Position numbers and translations under genes: made by a program. Below the pieces are notes generated by a model. The model saw only the letters and a list, made by a program, of their open reading frames with translations. It made no database searches and had not been told where the DNA came from. Shown one piece after another: positions 29,054 through 40,703 of a DNA stretch of 64,000 nt. Source of the stretch: Callorhinchus milii (lineage: Eukaryota); contig NW_024704742.1 in the NCBI RefSeq assembly GCF_018977255.1, positions 20,462,001 to 20,526,000 on the forward strand, written 5' to 3'. Position 1 is the first letter of the stretch, and each line of letters starts with the position of its first letter.

Positions 29054-31081
29054 GTAGATCTCATGAGGCAGCTCTCACCGCCTCATGAGATCTACTGTCT
29101 CTACTGTCTCAACTCTATTTTATCCTTCGCCTCATTCGGCGCTTCAACAAAAAACTGTTTTTCTTTCTTTTAGATGACAAGGATCACAAACTTCAACGAC
29201 TCATGGATGCCAACCCCTTTCCTGACCCCTCCTCCCCTTTGCCTTCCTCTGACTGCATCCTTTCCCCCCAATCCCACTCCTTGCCGTATCTTCACTATCC
29301 CCTCTGACCTCCCACTCTCTGATCCCGAACGATCCATCCTCAGTGAAGACCTCAACTTCATCTCCTTACATCCCCACCTCAATGAATTTCGATCCTGGCA
29401 TGATGCTGAGCTCTTCTTCCGCCACCTCCGGCTCCATGTCCACTTTTTTGGGCGCGGAGGCGGAGGATAAAATAAGAGTTGAGGATGAGGGCAGTTCTGA
29501 GATAAAGTGTGCCGGTGCTGCTGAAGGGAAATGTCAAGAGTATGCATGTATTGGCGCATGCTGGAGACAGTAGATCTCATGAGGCAGCGAGAGCAGGGAT
29601 CAGAAGAGCACTAAATTTCACAGAGGTATCTGTGACAGAGATATCTTTTACAAGCCCACTAACTCCCACAGTTACCTGGACTACACCTCCTCCCACCCCA
29701 CCTCCCGTAAAGACTCCATTCCTCTTTCCCAGTTCCTTCACATCTGCCCCATCTGACGATGCCACTTTCACACCAGAGCAACTGAAATGTCTTCCTTTTT
29801 CATCAACAGAGGATTCACATCCACTGTGGTAGGCAGGGCCCTTGACCATGTCCGTTCTATTTCCTGCACCTCTGCCTTCACCCCTTCCCCCTCTTCCCAG
29901 AACCATGATAAGGATCCCCTCATCCTTACCTTCCACCCCACCAGCCTCAACATCCAACAAATAATTCTCCGCCATTTCCGACATCTCCAGTGTGATCCAA
30001 CCACTAAATATATCTTTCCCTCCCCTCTCAGGATTCCGAAGGTACTGCTCCTTCCGTGACTCCTGGTTCATTCCTCCATCACCACCAACAGTTGCTCTGC
30101 ACCCCTGGCACCATTCTATGCCAGCACAGGAGATGCAATACCTGCCCTTTTACCTCCTCCTATACCACTGTCCAGGGCCCTAAACACAGTTTTCAAGTGA
30201 GATAGTGAATTACATGTACTACCAGCAATGTAGATTATTGCATTCGCTGCTCACGATGTGATCTCCTCTACACTGGGGAGACCAAACACAGATTGGGTGA
30301 CCGATTTGCCCAACACCTACGTTCTGTTCACAAGCACAACCCTGAGCTTCTGGTTTCTTGTCACTTCAACTCTCCCTCCCACTCGCACTCTGACCTCTCC
30401 ATCCATGGTCTCCTATGCTGTTCCAATGAATCACAGCGCAAGCTCGAGGAACAGCACCTCATTTATCTGCTGGGGACCTTATAGCCCTCTGGCCTCAATA
30501 TTGTTTTCAATAATTTCAGACCATAACAGCTCACCTTCCCCCTCGCCCTCTTCTGTGACCATAACCATATCATCTGGGTCCCAGACACACATTTTCTCTC
30601 TCTGTTTCTTTTTCCCTTTGTCTTCCTTGCCCTGCCTCCCCCCTCTGTTATAATAATACTTGCATCTGATATAGCACTTTTCATATCTTCCAGACATCTC
30701 AAAGCACTTCACAGAATATACTGTAAAGTGAATTGACTATATATTTGTGGGATAAACATGGCAGCCAATAGCACACGGCAGTGTCCACAAACAGTCGTGG
30801 ATTGAGTGACCAAATTATTATTGTTTTTTTTCTTGAGGAATTATTATCAGGCATGTGGAGTAAGGAAACTTGCCCAAGATTTTGCCCTGCCAGGAATCGA
30901 ACCCAGGTCTCTCGCTTGTGAGGCAAGTGCTGTAACCACTGAGCTACACGACTCCAAAGACCTTAAAAGCCTCTCCCTCCCAACATGCCCCATTTCTGAC
31001 AGAGGATCAAGGACCCAAAACGTTGACTCACTTTCCTTTCTCCATAGATGCTGCCTGACCTACTGAGTGTTTCCAGCGACT
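29054..31081 (+). mobile_element. Penelope-like element, internally deleted and rearranged, with GIY-YIG remnant and pLTR
   Basis: N-terminal 'FTIPSDLPLSDPERSILSEDLNFISLHP'; RT thumb 'KPTNSHSYLDYTSSHP'; GIY-YIG-like 'TCTTSNVDYCIRCSRCDLLYTGETKHRLGDRFAQHLRSV...RKLEEQHLIYLLGTL*PSGLN'; pLTR at 30960-31081 after an inserted SINE. Confidence 0.88.
30650..30955 (-). mobile_element. tRNA-derived SINE inserted in the Penelope 3' region
   Basis: Full head to tail on the minus strand. Confidence 0.88.
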
Positions 31082-31082
31082 T

Positions 31083-31255
31083 AATAACAATAATAATAAT
31101 CCTTGCATTTGATATAGCGCTTTTCACGTCTTCCAGACGTCCCAAAGCGCTTCACAGAATATACTGTAAAGTGAATTGACTGTATATTTGTGGGCGAACG
31201 TGGCAGCCAATTGCGCACAGCAATGTCCCACAAACAGTCGTGGAGTGAAAATGAC
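31083..31255 (-). mobile_element. 5'-truncated SINE (3' half)
   Basis: Near-consensus tail directly abutting the pLTR. Confidence 0.85.
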
Positions 31256-32546
31256 TTCTGTTTTTGTTACCTATTTAAGTAAACTAATTTACCCAATGAT
31301 TGACTGACAGGAGGAAAATTCCCAATCAGGTGTAACTATCAACAAACACAACGTGTCCCACAGTAGATCATATGAACTATTAACTGTAAAACATAAGAGC
31401 AAGTTGCTCCACTTTTCTGCTTCAAATATTAATCTTGCCGTTAGATGACTATTGTTAAGGTACACAAATTGACCGTCCACAGTTTATTTATTTTTAAATA
31501 TCCAACAGTTGTTAGTTTGTGCTTCTAACCCTGAACCTGTACCAGATGCAAGGAGACCCATAGGTGAAGCTTATAGTGACTGTCCAACTTTCCTTCCTTC
31601 CCTGAGGGAAAGTGCTTGGACATTACTTAATGTCTCTGTACCTCACAGCATAGATGAGATCAAGAACATTATCTACAGTGATATGGAACAGAAATAGACC
31701 ATTGAGACCAGCTAATCCATGGTGGTGTTTATACCCTACACGTGCCCCAACCCCCTCCTATTGCAGGGTCAGAAATTGCACTCACAAACCACCAGAGAAC
31801 ACTGTGTTGGAGCACCTACAAGCTGTGCCTACACATCGCTGTATTGGCTGCTTGTATAAGTTGTGTAGGTTTCCTTTGGCTTGAAGCTCTGTCGTTTCTA
31901 TCAGTGTCCTTGTTTTCATCTCCAATTATTTCTGATCCAGCAGCACATATGCTTATATTTCTCCCTTCAATGAATGTAATTCTGTGCAATTTTCTCTTGT
32001 CTACATCCTTCAATATATATTATGTTTGTATGTAATACCTTTTCAGTCATCCTGGTCTGATTTGCTGACTGAGTTTAGCTGCAGGCCATATTCATCTGTG
32101 ATTTTCTCTGTTCTGCAGGATTTTTATTGTAATTTTTCTCTAGACTGGCAAGATATGGAGTCTATATTTTCCTGTTTTATTCCTACATCTTCCACTTCCT
32201 TTATATTTGTTGCACCATTAATTAATTATTTTCCCATTCCTTTATATCCATCAATATTACACTGAATGACTCGATCAAACTGCTGCTGTCCAAAAAGCTA
32301 CATGGGGGCTTCGGGGAGACTCACTCACTGCATTTCTTCAGTGTTTCTCAGTGGAGGAGAAACAAATCTTCCTGTGCAGTACTTTCATTGAAGGCCAAAT
32401 TCTACATCTAGGGGAATGCTGTCCAGTCCCACCTAATGATACTATAGATTGGTAAATCGACCTGTTGCGACCAGAGTTGCCATTAGCCTTTTCCAATCAA
32501 CCATATCCTACTATGTAGTGCCAAGCGTAAAGAAAATGTAGTCAAA

Positions 32547-32666
32547 CAGTAGGAAGACAAATGTCTCATGACAGCCTAAACCCAGCTCGCAGCCCTATTA
32601 GTGGGTGACCAATCCAACGTTTGGCGAATACTGCTTCACAATGATAGAAAGAGCAGACATCAAAGA
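32547..32666 (-). pseudogene. 28S rRNA fragment (domain V, helices ~89-93), decayed
   Basis: Plus strand tgtctcatgacagcctaaacccagctc...ccctattagtgggtgaccaatccaacgtttggcgaatactgcttcacaatgatagaaagagcagacatc matches the reverse complement of conserved eukaryotic 28S (tgtctcacgacggtctaaacccagctc...ccctattagtgggtgaacaatccaacgcttggtgaattctgcttcacaatgataggaagagccgacatc). Confidence 0.88.
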
Positions 32667-34064
32667 AAGCTACATAAAAGCCTCATAAAAGATGCTCTGC
32701 AATATAAATGCAAGTTGTTGATGTGGATTTAAGAAACACAGAGAAGTGCTTGTTTTAAATCAGTTAACAATTGCAATCAATAGTCACTTTTTTGTGTTAA
32801 AAGAAATGATTCAACATTTGATTGCAAACATTTACACAGTTCTGTGCTTCAATTAACAGCACAACACGTTTCACCACACCAGCTGGAATATCAGTGTTAG
32901 GGAGGTGAAAGCAACAGGGCAGAAAGATTTCTGGGGGCTTTTCAACATGAACAAAAACTAAAGCACATGGATAATTTCATGTTTTATTTATTTCAAGCAG
33001 CGAATGACGATAAATCAAACATGATTTGAGGATTTGGACTACAGACTACATTAGTGTTTTCCCTCATAGTTGCCAGGCAACTTCTCAAATGTGTCACGTT
33101 GCATCTTCAAAGAAGCATGGTTCCTCAAATATGGTGTACGAGGGCAATGGGGCAACCCCAGAAAACAAAACTTGGACAACAGTTTTAACAGTAAAAGTAA
33201 AAGTTTATTTTGAAAAGGAAGCTTTACTTTTTTACTTCTGTCTTCTCCAGACTCTCCTCACTTCTCCCATGACCCCAGCTTTATATTGGTGCTCAATTTT
33301 CACTTAGGGCTGGAACTCCAAGGAAGCCTGATTGACGTGCAGCCCTTGTTAGCTCCCTTGACTGTGACACCCTTTTATCCGAGTCACACATTGGAAAAAA
33401 AGACAATATGCTCCTTTCACGTAAGTTGAGCACCAATAACCATAAATACCCATGGCTATTTGTGATATGGGGTTCCCAAATAAAATAAGATTTAACTTGA
33501 AGACTACTCCCTTTAAATCAGATGCATTTGTTAATAATTCCGTTGCCTCATGTGTTATGTACACCAGAAACAAATTGGAACAATGGGAGGTAATCCTGTC
33601 ACACACTGACTGATACTCTGAACCAACCTGCTTGCTCACCATTGATCTTTGCCATACTCTCAGCTCGATTATTGATATTCAGGCTGGTGCTGATAAGCAT
33701 GACTAGGACATTAAAGCGTTTTAAAGTTCTGAAAGGACCTTTGTAGCAATCTCAAGCACTTTCTTTGAGTCAATGAAACCATTGTGACACTCTTTGCCCT
33801 TTCCCTTTAGGAATAGATTTATCATCATAAATAAGAACACCTGCTCACCAATATTTCCCTGGGGAGTGGCACCTGTTGAGAAGACTTCTCAATTGCGAGA
33901 GATGGACAATACAGCACAAGCTCTTGGGACTCTCTCTAATGTTGCATTTGACGCTTTGAGAATTGATATTAGGGACAGTCAGTAAAATTCCACATTGATT
34001 CAAGGTTTGAAGACATCAATTACAGCACCATACCACAGATGTGCTTTGTTCTGCTCTCACCCAG

Positions 34065-34140
34065 ATCAGTGAGCATCCAGTATGTATCAATGGGTAACAG
34101 AGTGGATCAGTGAGCATCAGAGTGGATCAGTGAGTATCCT
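34065..34140 (+). repeat. Short tandem repeat, unit ~20 bp (agagtggatcagtgagcatc)
   Basis: Two tandem copies plus a partial upstream copy. Confidence 0.75.
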
Positions 34141-34587
34141 GAGTACATTGCCTCTGGCCAAAATGTACATGGTGCAGTACAGCCAAAGCAGGTTTTTCTA
34201 ACAACACATCCATCTTGAGGTAACTTCATAACATCATGTGTAAGTGTCTCTCTGTAATCTTAGTTCCTACTACACAACATACGGATTGTGTTCAGCAAGG
34301 TCCTTTTAGGAAGTCACCAGATGTATAGTCTCTCTCATGTATTCCCTCACCAGTTGCAGTGCATCTTCTGAACATGCCTTAGGGTCTCCTGTGCCCTATC
34401 CGCCCCCTCTTGGTCTTTGGTGCAGTTCACCATCATCTTCCAGAGCTAAGCTGTTTTGAAGGGTAAAATTATGCAGCACACAGCATTATTATTTTTGCTT
34501 TTTCAAGAGCATAGTTAAAATGCAAGATTCTCCAGTGGTAATGACAGACTATTTGCACATTAATGAAGCACCCTTCAAAATTGTGTG

Positions 34588-34951
34588 AAAAACGCAAAAT
34601 ACTGCAGATGCTAGAAATCTGAAACAAGAACAGAAGTCGCTGGGAACACTCAGCAGGTCAGGCAGCATCTATAGAGAAAGGAAAGTGAGTCAACATTTCG
34701 AGTCCACGACCCTCCTTCAGAACTCAGATGAAGGGTTGTGGACTCACTTTCCTTTCTCCATAGATGCTGAGCAATTGGCTGCCGCGTTTCGCCCACAAAA
34801 ATGCAGTCAATTCACTTTACAGTATATTCTGTCCAGCGCCTTGGGACGTCCTCCCGACGTGAAAGGCGCTATACAAATGTAATCTTGTTGTTGCTGTTTC
34901 TCCATAGATACTGCCTGACCTGCTGAGTTTTCCCAGCAACTTCTGTTTTTT
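34588..34951. mobile_element. Inverted pair of Penelope pLTR fragments, interrupted by a SINE/L2 chimera
   Basis: ctgggaacactcagcaggtcaggcagcatctatagagaaaggaaagtgagtc followed by its reverse complement; same family as 30990-31081. Confidence 0.82.
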
Positions 34952-35589
34952 NGTGTGAAAGTATTGTGTGGATGTGGTTGGTGTCTGTGTTTGGTAGTGG
35001 GGGTGGGGGGTAGGTGCAGCAATTGCCACCCAAATACAGTCCATCACGGTCTGCACTTTTGGGAATCCTAATATTGCAGCAAACCACTGCTGCCAACTGC
35101 TCTCCAACACTACATACCTGGGTGCCTTTGTAAATGTTGTCTATGTAAAGTTCCCTGAAGGGAAAGTGCTACAAAGATAAACATTCAAAGCTGTTGCAAC
35201 CACCCAATCAGAGGAAGAATTTTGGGAGTACCAAGACATGTCTGCAGGGCTTCCCCTAGCAGATAATAACAATAATAATCCTTGCATTTGATATAGTGCC
35301 TTATCACGTCTTCGAGACGTCTCAAAGCACTTCACAGAATATACTGTAAAGTGAATTGACTGAAAAGTAAAAACCTGGTGTCACCTTCACTACGCTTTCA
35401 GAACTTCTATTGTCTAAATGTTTTCCTGAATGTGATAGTCACCTCTGGATGCTTTACTTTCTGTGCGGTCTCACAAAACTTTTATGAAACTCCGCTCATT
35501 TTCAGCCTGTAAGATCACCCTTATAATTTAAGGATTGTGCAGTACGGTGGCAGAATTCAGCCTTAATTTGGAAGCTCGTTTTCCCTCAG

Positions 35590-36212
35590 CAACAACAACA
35601 AAAAAATTACATTTATAGTGCGCCCGTCACGTAGGGAGAACGTCCCAAAGTGCTGAACAGTCAGGAGTCGGGGCCTGAGCATGGGGGAGGGGGGGTGGTG
35701 TAGGGGTGAGGGAAGGCAGAGAGGTGGGAGGGAGACCAAAGGCACGGTCGAAGAGAAGGGTCTTGAGACCGGCCTTGAAGGAGGCAAGGGAGGAAGCGAG
35801 GGGAAGGGACCATGGGATGGAGTTCCAGAGTGTGGGGGCAGAGAGGCTGAAATCTCGGCTACAGATGGTAGAGCAGGTCGGGAGGGAGACATGGAGCAGG
35901 CCGGAGCTCGCTGAACGGAGGGAGCGGGCAGATTGGCAGGGAGTCAGCAGGTCAGAGAGGTAGGAGGGGGCAAGGCCATGGATGGCCTTAAAGGTGAGGA
36001 CGAGGTTGGTTTGAACTCGATCCTCTGGGGGATGGGGAGCCAGTGGAGTCGGGCGAGGGTGGGAGTGATGGGGTCGCGGAGCCTGGTGTGTGAGAGTACA
36101 CGAGCTGCAGAGCTTTGGATGATCTGCAGCTTGTGAAGGGAAGAGTGGGGAAGGCCGATGAGGAGGGAGTTCCCATAATCAAGCCGTGAGGTGACGAATG
36201 CGTGGGTGAGGT
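35590..36212 (-). mobile_element. L2 LINE 3' fragment
   Basis: 'HAFVTSRLDYGNSLLIGLP...LARLHWLPIPQRIEFK'; tail with (ttg)n. Confidence 0.9.
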
Positions 36213-38430
36213 TCTTAAAAAGAACCAGTTTGCAATTTAAGATTGAATTTAAGGATTTTCCAATATCTTGCATCATCTTACATTTGAAGAGAATAAATAT
36301 TAAGGCTTAACAGGCTAAAATTAGGCAGAATTTGGGATTTCTATTTTATAGGGATCTACAAATACGAGCAAAAGCTAAAAGAAAACAACAGTTACAGTTC
36401 AGGCACCTGTCTGCCCATAGCAAACTGACAGCAATGATAACTATGTTTGAGGCAAGGTATAAATTAATCCAACAGAACAAACAATTCTATATTTAAAATT
36501 TCCAAATTGATCCTATAAGGGGGTAAATGCCTATGACTTGGTAGTAGATTGCTTTGTTTCAGTTTCAATATAAGTGGATTGGAAAGGAATGTTTTGGCTT
36601 GTATCTCAGGATATAACTTCATTTCCTTCCTCTTTTTGTACCCACTACTGTGGAAACTAGTCTTGATTTCGAGTCAGAGATGTTGGCAACCACACTGCGC
36701 TCCTCAAGGTCTTCCAAAACACAAGTTGCTCAGTGGATTGGCAAGTGGAAGTCAATGCGTCATTTTCCGATGAAAACAGTGGATATTTTGGCATAGCTCA
36801 TTGACACATACTTGTTGGTGGAATTGGATGTGGTGTCTTCTGACCTGTGATATATTTGTTCCTAGGATCACCATAACCACAACACTACAGGGCCATTAAG
36901 CATCCCTAGTAATTAATATATTAACACAAATTTAAACAAAAGACAAGATTTCATTATTGTTATTTTACCCTCCTAAATGCAATAATTACTACTATTAATA
37001 GTAATAATAATCAATAATTCTTACATTTGGTATAGCACATTTCAAATTGGAGGGTATCTCAATTCACTTCAGAGGATATACTGTAAATTAGAGTGTGTTT
37101 TGTGAATGTGAGATTTTGTGATGTATAATTTTATTACCAATTCTGTTGGAAACATGAACATGCGAATAGTTGTTGCAAAAGCTAAAAATTGCTCTGACTA
37201 CAGCACAAGATTGTAAGGTTCCCTTTCTAATGACAAAGTAATTCAGTTGTTACCACAGAAGAGAGTTATTACTTGCATGATTTTCTAACCAAGACCGGAA
37301 GATGAAACTTGTAACCCACTAAGCTATTACATGTGAATAAGTATCTTTATAGAACTTGCTCTTTGCATTCTATCCACGCAATTCTTATTGTAAATTTAAG
37401 AATCCTGCTGCTTATTCATAGAGCATCAGATGGCACTATTTATGCCTTATAGCACTGATTTCATAAATTAATTTAAGTACAGTCTTTCATGTTTTGAAGC
37501 AGAATCTAAATTGTAATAAAATAGAAGGCTAAATAATCTCACACTGAATTCAGAATCAACTTGCACTTGATGTGTACCGTAATTAATATTTAGAATTTCA
37601 ATGATAAAATTAATTCTGCTCAGCGAGCAATTTTTTATTTGGTAAATTGCAAAATGGTTCAAATGTGGTTGTAAAGTACATGACAAAAAGTAATAATGTT
37701 GCACCTCAAAAAAGGAAATATAAATTATCTCCACGAACATTTCAATCAGAAAGATTATTGCTTATGTCCTGTGGGTGGTAAAGCATACAACAGACTCTTG
37801 TACAGCAGTAAACACCTCTTCTTTCTTCATAAGAAGGAATGTGGCAAATGCCAAAAGCCACCAATTTAACTTATTTCTGGCATTAAGATAACAAATCAGC
37901 ATACTGCTGGGTATTCAAGGTATGACATGTGTTTCCCTACAAATACACAGTGCCAGCTGCAGCGATGTAGCAAAGGTATTAATGTGGACCGAAGATCCTA
38001 TCTAAAGCACTGTTTGTATGATCCAAAACACATCTAAAGCCCAATGACTCTTAAAGTAGAAAACAGAATCCTAGAAACCTGTTTCTGTGTTTGCAGGGCT
38101 TAATTCTGGAGGCCATCATTCTAACCAACCTAAAATATGCAATGGCTCTAACAACCTTGGGGATTCACTGGAGTTTTACACTTCAGCTGCTCACCTCCAA
38201 GTCCCAACAATGCCACATCCTAACACTCCAGTGGTTTTCTCATTATGCTAACCTTTCATTTCTTGTTTTCTTTATTCTAATTGAACATGCTGACTGGAAA
38301 CATCAGTCAACTGCAATCACCTTAGCACAACAAACTACCATTGCTTTGATGTCTGTTCTGTTTCCACCAGCTTCCGAGCACATTGTTATTCCATTTTGTT
38401 CCCCGCAGAGTATCTATTCACAGTATAAAT

Positions 38431-38545
38431 AAAACGCAAAATACTGCAGATGCTGGAAATCATGACCCGAAACATTGACTCACTTTCCTTTCTCCATAGA
38501 TGCTGCCTGACCTGCTGAGTGTTCCCAGCGACTTCTGTTTTTGTA
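38431..38545. mobile_element. Collapsed inverted Penelope pLTR pair
   Basis: aaaacgcaaaatactgcagatgctggaaatc joined to gacccgaaacattgactcactttcc...cgacttctgttttt. Confidence 0.78.
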
Positions 38546-40405
38546 TCTATTTACATTTGTATCTCCTCATGTCCCTGAACTCCAACCGGCTTCTACTTAT
38601 TCACACATCAGCTGGGTGATGTTGCATCAGGTAGTTACTATTTTCATTTCAACTAACCTCCTCATTTTGCAAATCTCACTGCCTTGCAGATTTTTTAATC
38701 ATTATTTATTTCTTGCGATTTCGATCTTCGAGAACAAATGAAGCTGCTGGTTGCATCCCGATGAGTTATTAACCAACCACTGTTAAAAAGCATTCATATT
38801 CTGTGGGGAGAGTGTTGGGGGAGGGAGGAGAGGGCAAGACTAACACCAGTGGGCACATTACATCTCATCAGACCTAATACAGAGGGCAATTATTCCATTT
38901 GCTGTGCACAAGCGACTGACGTGCAATTTGTTTTATTTCCTAAATGCATCAGTGGAAAATCTTGAAGATGTGATAAGGCGCTATTCAAATGCAAAGCTTA
39001 TTTATTATTTATTTATTTATCATTTCCGTGTTAAATTCCACAAAGTAGTGATACACAAATGTAAATCTGTATCACTAAAACACGCTCTTCCTAAATGATT
39101 TACAACTGCATGAAGTTTTCCTCCGGTAGATAATTTTATGTAAAATTAAACTGGATAATGAAACTGAGTGAATAGCTTTACAGGGAAAATTTGTGGGGTT
39201 TTTTTGTCCATTGAAAATAGTGCTGAATCGTAGATTTTCCACTTAGATCACATGAGTGCCAGCATGGAATAAAGGCCCTGTGACTAGTCACTAGGGTACA
39301 ATAAAAGCAACTTCAAAATGCAACCTCAATCTTTGTTGCTTCATCCATTATTCAATGTCTTGGGTGGTCACATCGCTGCCATGAATGCACAATGCACTCA
39401 ATTCTGTGCCGGGAAAGGTGAGTTGATCGTTTGTCTCCATAAAGTTTAAGTTAAGCTTTACACACCAAACAGCTTGTCAGATACAATTTGCTCTGGTTCT
39501 TAGCCACCATCTTTCTCTTAATAAGCCAACTTTTAACCGATTCAACATCTGGAAATACAAGTGCTTGTACATCCTTAAAACTACCACATCTTAAATTGCT
39601 AAATACATGAGATTACATTTTAATATTCATAGGAAAATGATCAGAGGTGGAAATCACTGCTGGGTGGATGCGTGAGGAAGGGATTGGTAGGAGAGAGAAA
39701 GACACAGTTGGGGGTTGGGAAACACTGTACTCTCTCCATAGCAGGCATACAATACAATACAAAATTACATTTGTATAGCGCCTGTCACATCGGGAGTATG
39801 TCCAAGGCACGGAGGGCGAGGTAGGTGGAAAATAGGAGATTGAGAAATTAAAATGAAGGATGGCTCATCACTACTCAAAAAGAGAAGTGAGTTTATCTCA
39901 GTGTTCTCGCCATCAGTCCTCCAGATTAATTGGACATTCACCTCATCGTTGTTTGTAGGGATTATGGTAAAGCCAATAAATGGATGCTGTATTTGCTCAC
40001 CAAGATCATCACTTGAAACTATGAATTGGTGAAGCACTTTGAGGTATTTTGATAACATAAGGTGCTCTAAAAATCAAAGTCTTCCTTTCTGTTTTTCACA
40101 ACATCCTATAAAAGTGTAGTCCCTTGTTTCTTCAGCAGTTGATCAATTTGTTGCAAAAATGCTCCTGCAGGTAACACGCTGGAAAGTCCATTACATTTTA
40201 AAGTGGACTTCTAAATATTTCAGTAGCTTCATTGAGAGAGACTCGAAGATATAAAGCATTCAGATTAGAGACTGTGTTTGATGGGTTATGTGGGCACCTC
40301 TTCTTGGGCGGGCGAAGTGGCAGTGGGATTTTATTTTGGGTCGGTGAGGGAGGAAATGTTTAAACTGTACCTTTCACCCACAAAATACACAATCACTACA
40401 CTAGG

Positions 40406-40703
40406 TGGAGTCCTGTAGCTCAGTGGTTAGAGCATTTGCTTTGCAAGCGAGAGACCTGAGTTCAATTCCAGGCAGGGCAAAACCTTGGGCAAGTTTCCTT
40501 ACTCCGCCTAATAATAATCCCTCCAAAAACAATAATAATTGGTCATTTTCAATCTACGACTGTTTGTGGGACATTGCTGTGCGCAATTGGCTGCCGCATT
40601 CGCCCACAAATATACAGTCAATTCACTTTACAGTATATTCTGTGAAGCGCTTTGGGACGTCTAGAAGACGTGAAAAGCGCTATATCAAATCCAAGGATTA
40701 TTA
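40406..40703 (+). mobile_element. tRNA(Ala)-derived SINE, short variant
   Basis: Full head and tail. Confidence 0.9.

Noticed and set aside
34150..34445. Possible RTE-like LINE C-terminal remnant on the minus strand
   Set aside because: Only a vague GEL...RPRG motif; too decayed to call
34952..34952. Single N directly after the pLTR
   Set aside because: Assembly ambiguity or gap, not biology; local contiguity here is uncertain
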